Assembly (NCBI GenBank): GCA_046710445.1
Contig: JBKEHD010000001.1
Coordinates: 1,777-65,776 of the forward strand
Origin: Candidatus Midichloriaceae bacterium
GTDB taxonomy: Bacteria > Pseudomonadota > Alphaproteobacteria > Rickettsiales > Midichloriaceae
Direction: 5' to 3'
DNA length: 64,000 nt
In this document: positions 28,867 through 40,121 of the stretch, piece by piece
Layout: the number at the start of each line of letters is the position of its first letter
How positions within the stretch are numbered: the first letter of the stretch is position 1
The notes under the pieces: model-generated
Databases searched by the model: none
The model's input: the letters and a program-made list of their open reading frames with translations, nothing else
Told to the model about the DNA's origin: nothing
Translations under genes and position numbers: made by a program

Positions 28867-30201
28867 TTAGAATTCTATCTTAGTACCTAAAAGTAATACT
28901 GTACCTTTATTAAACTTTGCATCAGCACCAAAATTAGTACTTTTATTGTACTTAAATTTTGTTACTTCAACATAAGGCATAAATCCTGGCATTACAGTAT
29001 AATCAGCTCCTATAGATAATGCATCAAATTTATTATATTCAGTATCATTAAAGTAAGCCATTTGGCTGGTTCCAGTAGTATCTGTATAATTTATAATATG
29101 TCCTGCACGTTTACTCTTCATATAATTCAAGCTTATTCCATAATCATCTTGTGAATACGCAGAGCCAATTGACCAGTATTTTCCACCGAATTTATGGTCA
29201 GGATTAGTAGTATCTTTTATACTTCCTGATTTACCCCAATCACCGTAAGATCCAGCGACAGCAAAGCCACTATGACTTACGCTTGCACCAATTTGCCAAG
29301 CACTAAGATTTTTACGTTTTTTTGTAGCAGCTATAACAGCTATAACATTATCAATGTTAGCAATAGTATACACATCTTTAATAGAAACTGCTTTTGCTTT
29401 ACCAAATTGACCTAACAACGCTGTTGAAAATTCTGTACCATTTTCAAATTTTTTCACATATTTTGCTGTGGGTTGGAAAACGTTTTTATAACCTGAACCA
29501 GAGTTTTTAAACAAACCTTTTGCCTGGCTTACAGTTCCTTTTGCTTCTGAATCTGGGCTATAGCTAATACCAAATGTAAATCCATTGATTTCTGGTGTGT
29601 AATAATTTATTTTTACAGCTTTAGTACTTTCATCAAATCCAATTGGTAATTGTGGAGCAGTCAAAAATGCACCTGAAAAACCATAATCTGTAGTTTTAGG
29701 TATAGCTGCTGCGGTTGTAGTTTTTGCTATAAAATCACCATTTTGTGGCCATAAACTCCAATCTCCATCCAAGCCACCTGTAGCTCTTGCTATAGTATAA
29801 GAATTTACTTCCATGTCTCCACCTACTGATCCAGTGCTTCCCATTTCTACTTTACCAAATCCGCCATCTACATATAATTTAACTTCATTTGCAATATTTA
29901 CATTTCCAGAGGCAGATGGTGTTGTATTTGCATGTAATTTTACAAAGGCACCATATTTTAGACCTTCTTTATTTTTCTTATCTGCATGAAACTTGAGTGA
30001 TGCAGTATTTGATAAAGCATTTTGTCTATATTGATCACTTGTGTCTAATTTATTTTTAAAGTCTTTTTGCTGACTCATTGATCCGTATTGCATCCCAACA
30101 CTACCACCAACTTTTACAGATAAATCAGATTTATCTTCTGCAAAAGCGATAAAAAGAGAAGAGCAGAACAAAGCGGAGGTTAAAAATTTCTTATATTCCA
30201 T
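28867..30201 (-). CDS. outer membrane porin
   Basis: Signal peptide ending in AFA, alternating amphipathic beta-strand pattern rich in G/Y/S/T, and the terminal sequence GTKIEF with a C-terminal Phe typical of OMP beta-barrels. Confidence 0.75.
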   Translation of the reverse strand: MEYKKFLTSALFCSSLFIAFAEDKSDLSVKVGGSVGMQYGSMSQQKDFKNKLDTSDQYRQNALSNTASLKFHADKKNKEGLKYGAFVKLHANTTPSASGNVNIANEVKLYVDGGFGKVEMGSTGSVGGDMEVNSYTIARATGGLDGDWSLWPQNGDFIAKTTTAAAIPKTTDYGFSGAFLTAPQLPIGFDESTKAVKINYYTPEINGFTFGISYSPDSEAKGTVSQAKGLFKNSGSGYKNVFQPTAKYVKKFENGTEFSTALLGQFGKAKAVSIKDVYTIANIDNVIAVIAATKKRKNLSAWQIGASVSHSGFAVAGSYGDWGKSGSIKDTTNPDHKFGGKYWSIGSAYSQDDYGISLNYMKSKRAGHIINYTDTTGTSQMAYFNDTEYNKFDALSIGADYTVMPGFMPYVEVTKFKYNKSTNFGADAKFNKGTVLLLGTKIEF

Positions 30202-30238
30202 ATCATAAAAATAAAAATATTATTTCAAAGATGATATT

Positions 30239-30832
30239 TTATTTAATGTATATGTCAAGAATTTTAATTAGTTCTGATGTATCAATTATTTGCTTTCCAT
30301 TAATAAAAAATGTAGGGGTATATTTTATATCCAAGGCAGTCATTGATTCAAAAGATTTTTTTACGATATCATCCGATAATACTTTGTTTTCAAAGCAATT
30401 AGTAAGAGTCTTTGTGTCGTAAAGAGATAATTTTGCTATATTCTTTAACGATGTTTTGTAATCTTTTCTAAATGCCCAATTTTTCTGATTTTTAAGTAGC
30501 AGTGTAATGATATTAAAATAATTGGGTTTAAAGCAATTTGCGAATATGCTTCCATAAAGTGCCGGATCATTTGTTGGATAATCTCGCAGAATGTATAATA
30601 GCAATCCCTTATCAATATAATCTTTTTTTATTTTGGGAAATAATTCTTCATGAAAAATAGAGCATCCTGTGCATGAAAGGGATGAATATTCAATCATTAT
30701 AATTTTTGCGTCTTTGTTACCTAAATAATTATCTCCAGTATTTAACTGTAGTAATTCTGATCTGTCATTAGCAAAAGAATTATTTATTATAAATATAAAG
30801 ATTAATATATATTTAATATAAGTAATTTTCAT
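30239..30832 (-). CDS. DsbA-family thiol:disulfide oxidoreductase
   Basis: Signal peptide, a thioredoxin-fold CxxC active site (SCTGCSIFH) and a cis-Pro-type TPTFFING segment. Confidence 0.8.
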   Translation of the reverse strand: MKITYIKYILIFIFIINNSFANDRSELLQLNTGDNYLGNKDAKIIMIEYSSLSCTGCSIFHEELFPKIKKDYIDKGLLLYILRDYPTNDPALYGSIFANCFKPNYFNIITLLLKNQKNWAFRKDYKTSLKNIAKLSLYDTKTLTNCFENKVLSDDIVKKSFESMTALDIKYTPTFFINGKQIIDTSELIKILDIYIK

Positions 30833-31449
30833 AATTCATTAAGTTTTTTTATTAAATTATTTGTTGCTTTTCTTCTATGGCTAACTAAATTTTTTTCTTG
30901 GGGATCCATCTCGGCAAATGTTTGTTTATATCCATTTGGAATAAATAGAGTATCATATCCAAATCCATTTGTTAGGATATTATCAAAATTTAATTTACCT
31001 GATACTTCTCCTGCAGATGATATAATATTTGTTTCATTTATATACAATACTAAGGAACAGTGAAAAAAAGCATCAATATTATCGAATTTTGTTATGCCTT
31101 TAGACTTTAATTCCTCTTTTATTTTATCAAATGCAACAGAATAATTATCATGTGCCCCAGCCCATCTAGCAGAAAAAATGCCAGGACGATTTTCTAATTT
31201 TGGTATACAAAAGCCGGAATCATCTGAAAGTGTTGGAATATTGGTTAATTTAAAATAATGCTCTGCTTTTATTTTAGCATTATCTAAGAAAGAGCTTCCT
31301 GTTTCTTCTGGCGGTAACACGCTTATGTTAAGTTCCTTAAGTCCCAATACTTCAATGCCAAATTCTTGAAAGATAGCTTCAAACTCTTTGCATTTATTAT
31401 TATTAGTACTAGCAATGCATAGCTTTTTTTTAATAAATAAATTTTTCAT
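30829..31449 (-). CDS. rdgB: non-canonical purine NTP pyrophosphatase (RdgB/HAM1)
   Basis: ASTNNNKCKEF, PEETGSSFLDNA, DDSGFCI, GFGYD and SHRRKA are HAM1-family motifs. It lies downstream of rph, as in many bacteria. Confidence 0.88.
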   Translation of the reverse strand: MKNLFIKKKLCIASTNNNKCKEFEAIFQEFGIEVLGLKELNISVLPPEETGSSFLDNAKIKAEHYFKLTNIPTLSDDSGFCIPKLENRPGIFSARWAGAHDNYSVAFDKIKEELKSKGITKFDNIDAFFHCSLVLYINETNIISSAGEVSGKLNFDNILTNGFGYDTLFIPNGYKQTFAEMDPQEKNLVSHRRKATNNLIKKLNEL

Positions 31450-32168
31450 TCAAAATTTTGTAAAATCTCGTTTTGTTTAGATATAAGTGTTTTAACACCT
31501 ATTTGTGCTAATTCATGCATTTTTTGAAATTCTTCAAAATCAAAACATTTATTTTCTGCTGTAGCTTGGATTTCTATAATTTTTCCATTTTTATCTATAA
31601 CGAAATTTGAATCAACTTCTGCAGAACTATCTTCTGCGTAATCTAAATCAAGCATTGCTTCACCATTTACAATGCCACATGAAATAGCTGCAATTTGATT
31701 TTTTATTGGAAAAACATTTATTCTCTTTTGATTAAACAATTTTCTTAATGCTATGTATAATGCTATATATGCAGCTGTTATAGAGGCTGTTCTTGTACCT
31801 CCATCAGCTTGCATAACATCACAATCAATAAGTACTTGTCTTTCTTTTAAAGAGCTTAAGTTGACTGCAGCACGTAAACTTCTGCCTATCAATCTTTGTA
31901 TTTCTTGTGTTCGTCCATTAATCTTACCTTTAGATATCTCTCTTTGAATTCTAGAGTGAGTTGAACCAGGTAGCATGCTATATTCAGCAGAAATCCAACC
32001 TTTCCCAGTGTTTTTCAAAAATCTAGGGATATTTTCTTCTATGTTAGCTGTGCAAATCACATGAGTATCCCCTATATGTATTGAGCATGCTCCATCAGAA
32101 AATTTACTGACATTTGTATCAAATTTTATCTCTCTTAAAGAATTTATTAATCTTTCATTTGTTCTCAT
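31446..32168 (-). CDS. rph: ribonuclease PH
   Basis: GWISAEYSMLPGST, GRTQEIQRLIGRSLR and DCDVMQADGGTRTASI. Confidence 0.94.
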   Translation of the reverse strand: MRTNERLINSLREIKFDTNVSKFSDGACSIHIGDTHVICTANIEENIPRFLKNTGKGWISAEYSMLPGSTHSRIQREISKGKINGRTQEIQRLIGRSLRAAVNLSSLKERQVLIDCDVMQADGGTRTASITAAYIALYIALRKLFNQKRINVFPIKNQIAAISCGIVNGEAMLDLDYAEDSSAEVDSNFVIDKNGKIIEIQATAENKCFDFEEFQKMHELAQIGVKTLISKQNEILQNFE

Positions 32169-32186
32169 AAAATACCAATAATAAGT

Positions 32187-32882
32187 TTATAGTGGAAGTA
32201 TCAATCTATCATCTGCATCAACAGTTGATAAAGTCTCTTTGTGTATATGGTTGTTATTTTTAGTATATTTCACTATTTGCGAATGATGATCCTGTCTCTC
32301 TATAACAACTATTTTTCCTTCGGACTTAAGATAAGAAGAAAATTTTTCTAATGAATTATTTACAATTCCATTTATAACAATAACATCAAATTTTTGCTTA
32401 ATTCCACCTTTAAAGAGTGTATCCATTGATAAAAATTCAAGATTAGCTGTTCTCTTCATTGTTTCTAAATAAGAGTTGCAAGCCTTAAGAAAAAATGCAT
32501 TGTTATCAATGCCAAAAACTTTTTTTGCAAATTTTGAAATAACAACAGATGAATAGCCAGTTGCACAACCAACATCTAGCACAATCGATTGATTATCTAT
32601 ATCAGCATCCTGTAACATTTTTGCAAATATAAAAGAAGATAGCATAAACCTAGGTTTAGAATCTGGTTTTTTATTGTTGATAATTGGAATGGAGGTATCA
32701 ACGTAAGAAAATTGCTTCCATTTACTTTGTATAAAATGATGTTTAGGGATTTTTTTTAAAGTTGTAAGAATTTTAGCTTTATTAACGCCATTAGGTACTA
32801 ACTGATTGATTATCATATTATCTCTGGCTTTTGTGTAGTAGTCTTCGTTGAATAAATCTATTTGTGAATTCTTAAATAGCAT
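32187..32882 (-). CDS. pcm: protein-L-isoaspartate O-methyltransferase family protein
   Basis: MIINQL ... VLDVGCATGYSSVVIS (SAM motif I). The size and layout fit the alphaproteobacterial Pcm-like paralogue. Confidence 0.65.
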   Translation of the reverse strand: MLFKNSQIDLFNEDYYTKARDNMIINQLVPNGVNKAKILTTLKKIPKHHFIQSKWKQFSYVDTSIPIINNKKPDSKPRFMLSSFIFAKMLQDADIDNQSIVLDVGCATGYSSVVISKFAKKVFGIDNNAFFLKACNSYLETMKRTANLEFLSMDTLFKGGIKQKFDVIVINGIVNNSLEKFSSYLKSEGKIVVIERQDHHSQIVKYTKNNNHIHKETLSTVDADDRLILPL

Positions 32883-33028
32883 ATGTATTTTATCTCATTG
32901 TGTACTAATAATAATTAAACCAATTATCAATTAATTTCAAACCTTCATTATAAAAAATCATGATGAGTATTTTAAATTTGCATAAAAGAGAATTTTAGCT
33001 TAATTTAAGGCATATACCAATTTGATAA

Positions 33029-34087
<1,059 letters not shown>

Positions 34088-34091
34088 ATAA

Positions 34092-35753
34092 ATGAAAAAA
34101 TTAGATTTAAAAAAATATAAAGGCGAATTACTTTTTGTACCTATTGGTGGCTCAGGCGAGATAGGTATGAACTTAAATTTATATGGGTATAATGGGAAGT
34201 GGATCATAGTAGATATGGGCTTAGGTTTTGCCGATGTTGATCTTCCAGGAGTTACTATAATTGTTCCAAACATTAATTTTATTATTAATGAGATAAAGGA
34301 CGATTTATTAGGCTTGGTTCTTACTCATGCTCATGAAGATCATATTGGGGCAATCCCTTATTTATGGTCTGAGTTAAAATGTAAGATGTATGCAACAAAA
34401 TTTACTGCTGAAGTTATAAAGGCAAAATGCAGAGATTTTGGTATAATAAATGAAGTGGAGATTATAGAAACATACTCAAATAAAGAGTTTACTATAGGAG
34501 ATTTCAATATAAATATGACGCATATCACTCATTCAATTCCTGAAATGAATGGTATTTTGATAAAAACTAAAAAAGGAAATATTTTTCATACTGGAGATTG
34601 GAAATTTGATCCTAATCCAGTTATTGGTGAAGCTACTGATGAAAATGAACTAAAAAAGATTGGTGATAGTAACATTTTAGCTATGGTAGGAGATTCTACC
34701 AATATTTTTGATAAAAAGCATTCTGGATCAGAAGGGGAATTAGGGAAAAATCTTGAAAAATTAGTTTCTGCTAATAAAAAAAATCTAGTGATTGTTACAA
34801 CATTTGCATCAAATGTTGCACGTATCCAGTCTATTGCAAATGCTGCAAAGAAAAGTGGAAAAAAGATAGTTCTTTTAGGTAGATCTCTCAAACGTATTTT
34901 TGCTTCTGCAAAAGAAGCTGGGTATTTACGAGATATAGAGATACATAACGAAAAAGAGATTAGCAAGATAAAAAGAAGTGATCTATTGATAATTTGCACA
35001 GGATGTCAGGGAGAGCAGTTAGCTGCTACAAGTAAAATAGCTGATGGTAAGCATCCAGATGTAAAACTAAAAAAAGGTGATGTAGTTATTTTTTCATCAA
35101 AAATTATACCTGGGAATGAGAAGAAGATTTATACATTATTGAATAAATTTTCTGAAATGAATATAGATGTTTTGACTGAAAAAAATGAATTTGTGCATGT
35201 TTCTGGTCACCCTTCATCTTTAGAAGTCAGCAAGATGTATGAATATATTAAGCCTAAGATTGCTATACCAGTACATGGTGAGGCTATTCATTTAACTGAG
35301 CATGTTAAGTTAGCGAAAAAAAGTGGCATAAAGCATTGCTTGAGTGTAAGAAATGGAGATGTATTGTTGCTTGATGATAAAAATCCTATGAAGATAGGTG
35401 AGGTGGAATCAGGGTATTATGCAGTTGATGGGAATTTAATTTTAGATTCCGAGAATGAAATAATAAAAAATAGAAGGGTATTGAGAGATAATGGGGCAAT
35501 ATTTATCAGTATAGTTTTGAATCATAAGAAAAAAAGTATCAAGGAGATGTATGTGAAATCTCCAGGTGTTTTAGAGGAATCAGAAGATGTTGAATTAATA
35601 GAAGATTTGAAAAAGAAAATAATTCAGGTCGTAAATTCTTTAGATACTTTTGATACAAAAAAAATAGAGTCAAATTTAAAATATTCTATGAGAAAATATT
35701 TTGTAAAAACATTAGGGAAATCACCTATGATATGTGTAAATATCATTTCATAA
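34092..35753 (+). CDS. rnj: ribonuclease J
   Basis: The metallo-beta-lactamase motif LTHAHEDHIGAIP is followed by beta-CASP and C-terminal domains. Size is 553 aa. Confidence 0.88.
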   Translation: MKKLDLKKYKGELLFVPIGGSGEIGMNLNLYGYNGKWIIVDMGLGFADVDLPGVTIIVPNINFIINEIKDDLLGLVLTHAHEDHIGAIPYLWSELKCKMYATKFTAEVIKAKCRDFGIINEVEIIETYSNKEFTIGDFNINMTHITHSIPEMNGILIKTKKGNIFHTGDWKFDPNPVIGEATDENELKKIGDSNILAMVGDSTNIFDKKHSGSEGELGKNLEKLVSANKKNLVIVTTFASNVARIQSIANAAKKSGKKIVLLGRSLKRIFASAKEAGYLRDIEIHNEKEISKIKRSDLLIICTGCQGEQLAATSKIADGKHPDVKLKKGDVVIFSSKIIPGNEKKIYTLLNKFSEMNIDVLTEKNEFVHVSGHPSSLEVSKMYEYIKPKIAIPVHGEAIHLTEHVKLAKKSGIKHCLSVRNGDVLLLDDKNPMKIGEVESGYYAVDGNLILDSENEIIKNRRVLRDNGAIFISIVLNHKKKSIKEMYVKSPGVLEESEDVELIEDLKKKIIQVVNSLDTFDTKKIESNLKYSMRKYFVKTLGKSPMICVNIIS

Positions 35754-35760
35754 AAATGAT

Positions 35761-36663
35761 ATGATAATACGTATTGCAACAAGAGATAGTCAGCTAGCTA
35801 TAAAGCAGTCTCTTATTGTTGCAGATGCTTTGAAAAAGATTGATCAAGAAATTAATTGTGAATTAATAAAGACTAAAACCAAAGGTGACATCCTGCTTGA
35901 GCATTCTCTTTCAAAAATTGGAGGGAAGGGTTTGTTTATAAAAGAAGTAGAAGAGGCTATAATTGATGATAGAGCTGATATAGCAGTGCACTCAATGAAA
36001 GATGTTCCATCTGAATGTCATGATGAATTAGAGATACCCTGTATCTTGAAAAGGGGCGATGAAAGAGATGCTTTTGTTTCCAAAAAATATAAGACATTTT
36101 ACGATTTACCAAAAAATGCTAATATTGGCACCTCCTCTCATAGAAGAAAAGGGCAGATTTTAGCAATGAGACAAGACATAAATATTATTCCTATTAGAGG
36201 TAATATAAATAGCAGAATTAACAAAATGCTTAACGAAGAAGTTGATGCTTTAATTTTAGCTGCAGCTGGATTAAAGAGAAATCATATGGAGATGTATATA
36301 AATCATTATTTTTCTAAAAATGATATGTTACCTGCCATTGCACAAGGCGCAATTGGTGTGCAAGTTAAAAAAAGCAATTATAAATTAAAAGAGTTGATTG
36401 CTCAGATAAATGATCAAATAACTTTTAATAATATTCAGGCAGAACGTGAGTTTATGAGGATTTTCGGAGCTAATTGTTCGACTCCAATAGCAGCAAATTG
36501 TGTTCTTACTGGAGATAGGGTTATGCTAAAAAGTGGTTATTTTTTTGAAGATGGTTCAATGCAATTTCACTCTTGTTGTGAAGATGATAAAAAGAATTTT
36601 ATTCAATTAGGGAATGAATGTGCAAACAATATGTTAAAGTATTTTGAACATTTGGTGAGATAG
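35761..36663 (+). CDS. hemC: hydroxymethylbilane synthase (porphobilinogen deaminase)
   Basis: IRIATRDSQLA, TKGD, GLFIKEVE, HSMKDVP, SSHRR and the cofactor cysteine context GANCSTPIA. Confidence 0.93.
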   Translation: MIIRIATRDSQLAIKQSLIVADALKKIDQEINCELIKTKTKGDILLEHSLSKIGGKGLFIKEVEEAIIDDRADIAVHSMKDVPSECHDELEIPCILKRGDERDAFVSKKYKTFYDLPKNANIGTSSHRRKGQILAMRQDINIIPIRGNINSRINKMLNEEVDALILAAAGLKRNHMEMYINHYFSKNDMLPAIAQGAIGVQVKKSNYKLKELIAQINDQITFNNIQAEREFMRIFGANCSTPIAANCVLTGDRVMLKSGYFFEDGSMQFHSCCEDDKKNFIQLGNECANNMLKYFEHLVR

Positions 36664-36696
36664 ATGTTTGATTCGTTGATAAATTTTTAAGCTATT

Positions 36697-37098
36697 TTAG
36701 TTTTTTTCAAGAAGTCTTTTTATCTCAGGAATGAGCGATTTGTATATATTGCTTTTGTGTACTACTGAGTCAGCTTGTTTTACTTTTTTCTGATTTTCGT
36801 CGTTAAAAAATGAATTGTTATATTGAGATAAAAGCATTACCGGGATATGTTGAAATTTTTCTGATAATTTAATTTTATCCATCAACTCAAATCCATTCAT
36901 TTTAGGCATTTGATAATCAGTAATTACTAAATCTATTATCTTCAGACCATATCTATCAAGCATAATTAAAGCATCTTCCCCATTTGAAGAGGTAAAAACA
37001 TTAAATTTTTCTTTCTTTAAAATAGTTGATAATAAACTTATAACATAAGTATTGTCTTCCACTATCAATACAGAAATATCTTTATTATTCTTTTTCAA
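36697..37098 (-). CDS. stand-alone response-regulator receiver domain protein
   Basis: The acidic pocket is LIVEDN and the phospho-acceptor context is LVITDYQMPKMNG. VMLLSQ and VHKS occupy the conserved Ser/Thr and Lys positions. There is no output domain (133 aa). Confidence 0.8.
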   Translation of the reverse strand: MKKNNKDISVLIVEDNTYVISLLSTILKKEKFNVFTSSNGEDALIMLDRYGLKIIDLVITDYQMPKMNGFELMDKIKLSEKFQHIPVMLLSQYNNSFFNDENQKKVKQADSVVHKSNIYKSLIPEIKRLLEKN

Positions 37099-37260
37099 AA
37101 TTTATATGCAGATGTTTTTTAATTAAGGTGATGATAGTGATATTTTTATTATTTTTCAACAATTTTTTTTATTTTTTAATAGATTTTACTATTTTTCAGC
37201 AATACTTTTTGTTTTATACAAGAAATTAAGATATATCTTTTATTTGATTTAGTTAAAATT

Positions 37261-38847
37261 CTAATCTACAAGAGAATTGTGTATGTATTTGAAGTCTATA
37301 TTGTATAAATTTTTCTCTTCTTTTTCTAATATCTTGATTCGTTCAGATATAAAAGCTGACACGTTATTTTTAATAATTTTAGTTAAATCAATATTTAACT
37401 TATTTTGGCAAACTATTCTAATTATCCCAATAGCAGCACGTCTTAGAGCAAATGGATCTTTTGATCCTGTTGGTTTTATTCCAATTTTAAACATTTCGTT
37501 AAGTGTTACTATTTTATCGGATAGTGCCATTATAATGCTTAAATCAGAATGTGGAACATTATCACTTGGGCCTTGTGGCTTGTAATGTTCTTTTATAGCC
37601 AATGCTATTTCATTTTTCTCTCCATCATTCAATGCATAATAATAGCCCATAACCCCCTGTAACTCAGGTAATTCTGAGACCATATCTGTGACTAAATCTG
37701 TTTTTAACAATGGTATTATGCTAATAATATTTTGTTGTGGATAGTTCATTTGATTGGCAATATCAAAAGCCACTTCTTTAATTGATATTATTTTTTGGTA
37801 ATAATCACCAATATCTCGATGAAATGTTAATTTTTTTAGATTTTCACATTTTTCAGAAAGTTTAGATTTTGTATCTTGTTCATAAAAAAATTGTGCATCT
37901 GCGAGTCTTGCACGTAAAACTTTTTCATTTCCATCAATTACTGTTTTTAGATTATCGTCTGTCATCACGTTTGAAACAATAATAAAATAAGGGGCTACAT
38001 CGTTATTTGAATCCTTTAACATTAAGTATTTTTGATGAAATTTTAATGTTGTAATCAATACTTCTTTAGGTAAAGACATGAATTGTTTGTCAATTTTACC
38101 TACAGCTAAATATGGATATTCAACTAAATTTGCTACTTCTTTCAATAAATATTGATCCTCTATGAATTCGCATTTAAGGTTTTTGCATATATTGTTTATT
38201 TCTTTTTTTATAAGTGAAATTCTTTCATTTTGAAAAATAGAAATAGCTGCTTCTTTAAGTAATGAATGATATTCATCAAATGAAGTTATTTTAAATTTTT
38301 CATTTGTGATTAACCAATTTTTATAAGTAAAATTTTGAGCAGTGATATGGCCAAAATGAATTGGTATTATATCTTTGTTAAAAACACATAAAATAGATTT
38401 TATAGGTCTTACCCATTTTATTTTATGAGTGCCCCATAGCATAGATTTTGGCCAATCAAATGAGGCCAATACAGATTCTATAACTTCCTGTATGAAAGTC
38501 TTTGCTTCTTTTTGGCAATGCTTTTTTTCGTAGTAAAAATACTCTTCTTTTTTGATCAACTGATTTGTATTATCTAGATCATATTTTTTTAAAAATCCAT
38601 TTATAGCTTGTTCTGGTGCAGTTGTTTTTGGACCTCTTATGCACTCAACTTTTTCTTCTATATAAGGTTTAATATTTTTTATGTAAAAACCCATCCTTCT
38701 TGGAGTAAAAAAACATTCTCCTTGAGAATTGGGATTCATAATATCCTTTAAATCTTCCGAAATTTTATTGTACAAATTTTGTGAGCCAAATTCTTGCATT
38801 GCACTTGGTACTTCTTCAGAATATATTTCAAATAATAATTCAGACAT
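37261..38847 (-). CDS. glyS: glycine--tRNA ligase beta subunit, short form lacking the C-terminal domain
   Basis: The N-terminus MSELLFEIYSEEVPSAMQ and the later DPFALRRAAIGIIRI block are typical of GlyS. The ORF stops about 65 aa after that block. Confidence 0.85.
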   Translation of the reverse strand: MSELLFEIYSEEVPSAMQEFGSQNLYNKISEDLKDIMNPNSQGECFFTPRRMGFYIKNIKPYIEEKVECIRGPKTTAPEQAINGFLKKYDLDNTNQLIKKEEYFYYEKKHCQKEAKTFIQEVIESVLASFDWPKSMLWGTHKIKWVRPIKSILCVFNKDIIPIHFGHITAQNFTYKNWLITNEKFKITSFDEYHSLLKEAAISIFQNERISLIKKEINNICKNLKCEFIEDQYLLKEVANLVEYPYLAVGKIDKQFMSLPKEVLITTLKFHQKYLMLKDSNNDVAPYFIIVSNVMTDDNLKTVIDGNEKVLRARLADAQFFYEQDTKSKLSEKCENLKKLTFHRDIGDYYQKIISIKEVAFDIANQMNYPQQNIISIIPLLKTDLVTDMVSELPELQGVMGYYYALNDGEKNEIALAIKEHYKPQGPSDNVPHSDLSIIMALSDKIVTLNEMFKIGIKPTGSKDPFALRRAAIGIIRIVCQNKLNIDLTKIIKNNVSAFISERIKILEKEEKNLYNIDFKYIHNSLVD

Positions 38848-38860
38848 TTTATCAATATGT

Positions 38861-39622
38861 TTAATATAGCTTGTTTAAAACCATAAAGGTTTTTTTGTGA
38901 AAATTAACATTGTGAACTCTTACATAATCCACTTGTTTTGTAAATAAATAAGTTGAAACAGAAAGTGTTTCTAAATCTCTTGATTCGGGAGCTAATTTTA
39001 CAATTGAATCAAAAAAAGATTTCCTTGAATGCCCTATGCATACAGGTTTCCCCAATGCTTGTAATTTATTTATATTTTTTAATAATTCTAATGATTGCTG
39101 AGCATTTGTTGTAAATCCTATACCTGGATCCAAAATCAAATTTTTGATACCAAATTCCCTGCATTTATCTATCTTTATTTTTGCCCAATCAAATATCTCG
39201 TTGATAGATTTGATGCGTATATTCCTATCAGCAGGAATAACTAAACTGTACATACATATATATTTAACGTCTGGATTCGAAGCAATTAAATCAAAAATCC
39301 GTTCATCTTTTCCACCACTAACGTCATTAATGATCTTTATTCCATGAGCAATGGCTTTCTTCATTGTATTATAGTGATATGTATCAATGCTAATATTGTC
39401 TTTTTGTATCACCTGCAAAAGTGGTTGTAATTTACTCCACTCTTCCTCTTCCGAAAGTAGTTTAGCATCATATGATGTTGCAGAAACACCTATATCAACT
39501 ATATCAGCACCTTGTTTAAATAGTTCTTCGACTCTATTTTTGGATTCATTCAATGAATCATGCTTTCCTCCATCAGAGAAAGAATTTGCTGTATAATTCA
39601 ATATACCAATAATTTTTGTCAT
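38861..39622 (-). CDS. folP: dihydropteroate synthase
   Basis: GILNYTANSFSDGG, DIVDIG, IINDVSG, LDPGIGF and IGHSRKSF are pterin-binding TIM-barrel motifs. Confidence 0.9.
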   Translation of the reverse strand: MTKIIGILNYTANSFSDGGKHDSLNESKNRVEELFKQGADIVDIGVSATSYDAKLLSEEEEWSKLQPLLQVIQKDNISIDTYHYNTMKKAIAHGIKIINDVSGGKDERIFDLIASNPDVKYICMYSLVIPADRNIRIKSINEIFDWAKIKIDKCREFGIKNLILDPGIGFTTNAQQSLELLKNINKLQALGKPVCIGHSRKSFFDSIVKLAPESRDLETLSVSTYLFTKQVDYVRVHNVNFHKKTFMVLNKLY

Positions 39623-39630
39623 TTACTGAA

Positions 39631-39963
39631 TTATGATTCAAAAGGATTTAATATATCATTTTGATCATCATCTTTTATCTTTTTTTCTGATTTTTTAATA
39701 GATACTTTATCATTGAAATTTTTCAAAAATCTTTCGTTAGATTTACTATTGGTATCTTTTTGAATCTTTTTTGTTTTAGTTTCATGATCATATTCTGGTG
39801 TTGGTAAATCAAAAGTTGGCGGAATGACTAAAGGTTTATTTGGAATGATTGTGAATTCATCAGGAGAATCCTTATTTAAACCAAAAAAGCTTTTTGTATT
39901 TTGAGTACATCCAGAAAACATAAATAATGATATGAGGAGAGTAAGGATAAAAAATTTCTTCAT
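39631..39963 (-). CDS. DUF3035-type lipoprotein
   Basis: Lipobox LFMFSGC, followed by KDSPDEFTIIPNKPLVIPPTFDLPTP, which is typical of the alphaproteobacterial DUF3035 family. ATG 39963 is preferred over the upstream ATG at 39993. Confidence 0.65.
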   Translation of the reverse strand: MKKFFILTLLISLFMFSGCTQNTKSFFGLNKDSPDEFTIIPNKPLVIPPTFDLPTPEYDHETKTKKIQKDTNSKSNERFLKNFNDKVSIKKSEKKIKDDDQNDILNPFES

Positions 39964-40121
39964 AATACAGAACAATAAGTTATTATAGAGCATTATAAAT
40001 CAATATTCTTTAATTGAAAGTTTTTATGCATGATTGAAAAAAATTAATTGGTGACAAAAAAAATATATTATATATTATTTTGTTTCTTGCTTGAGAAATA
40101 TTTTGTAGTGTGGAGACAGTT

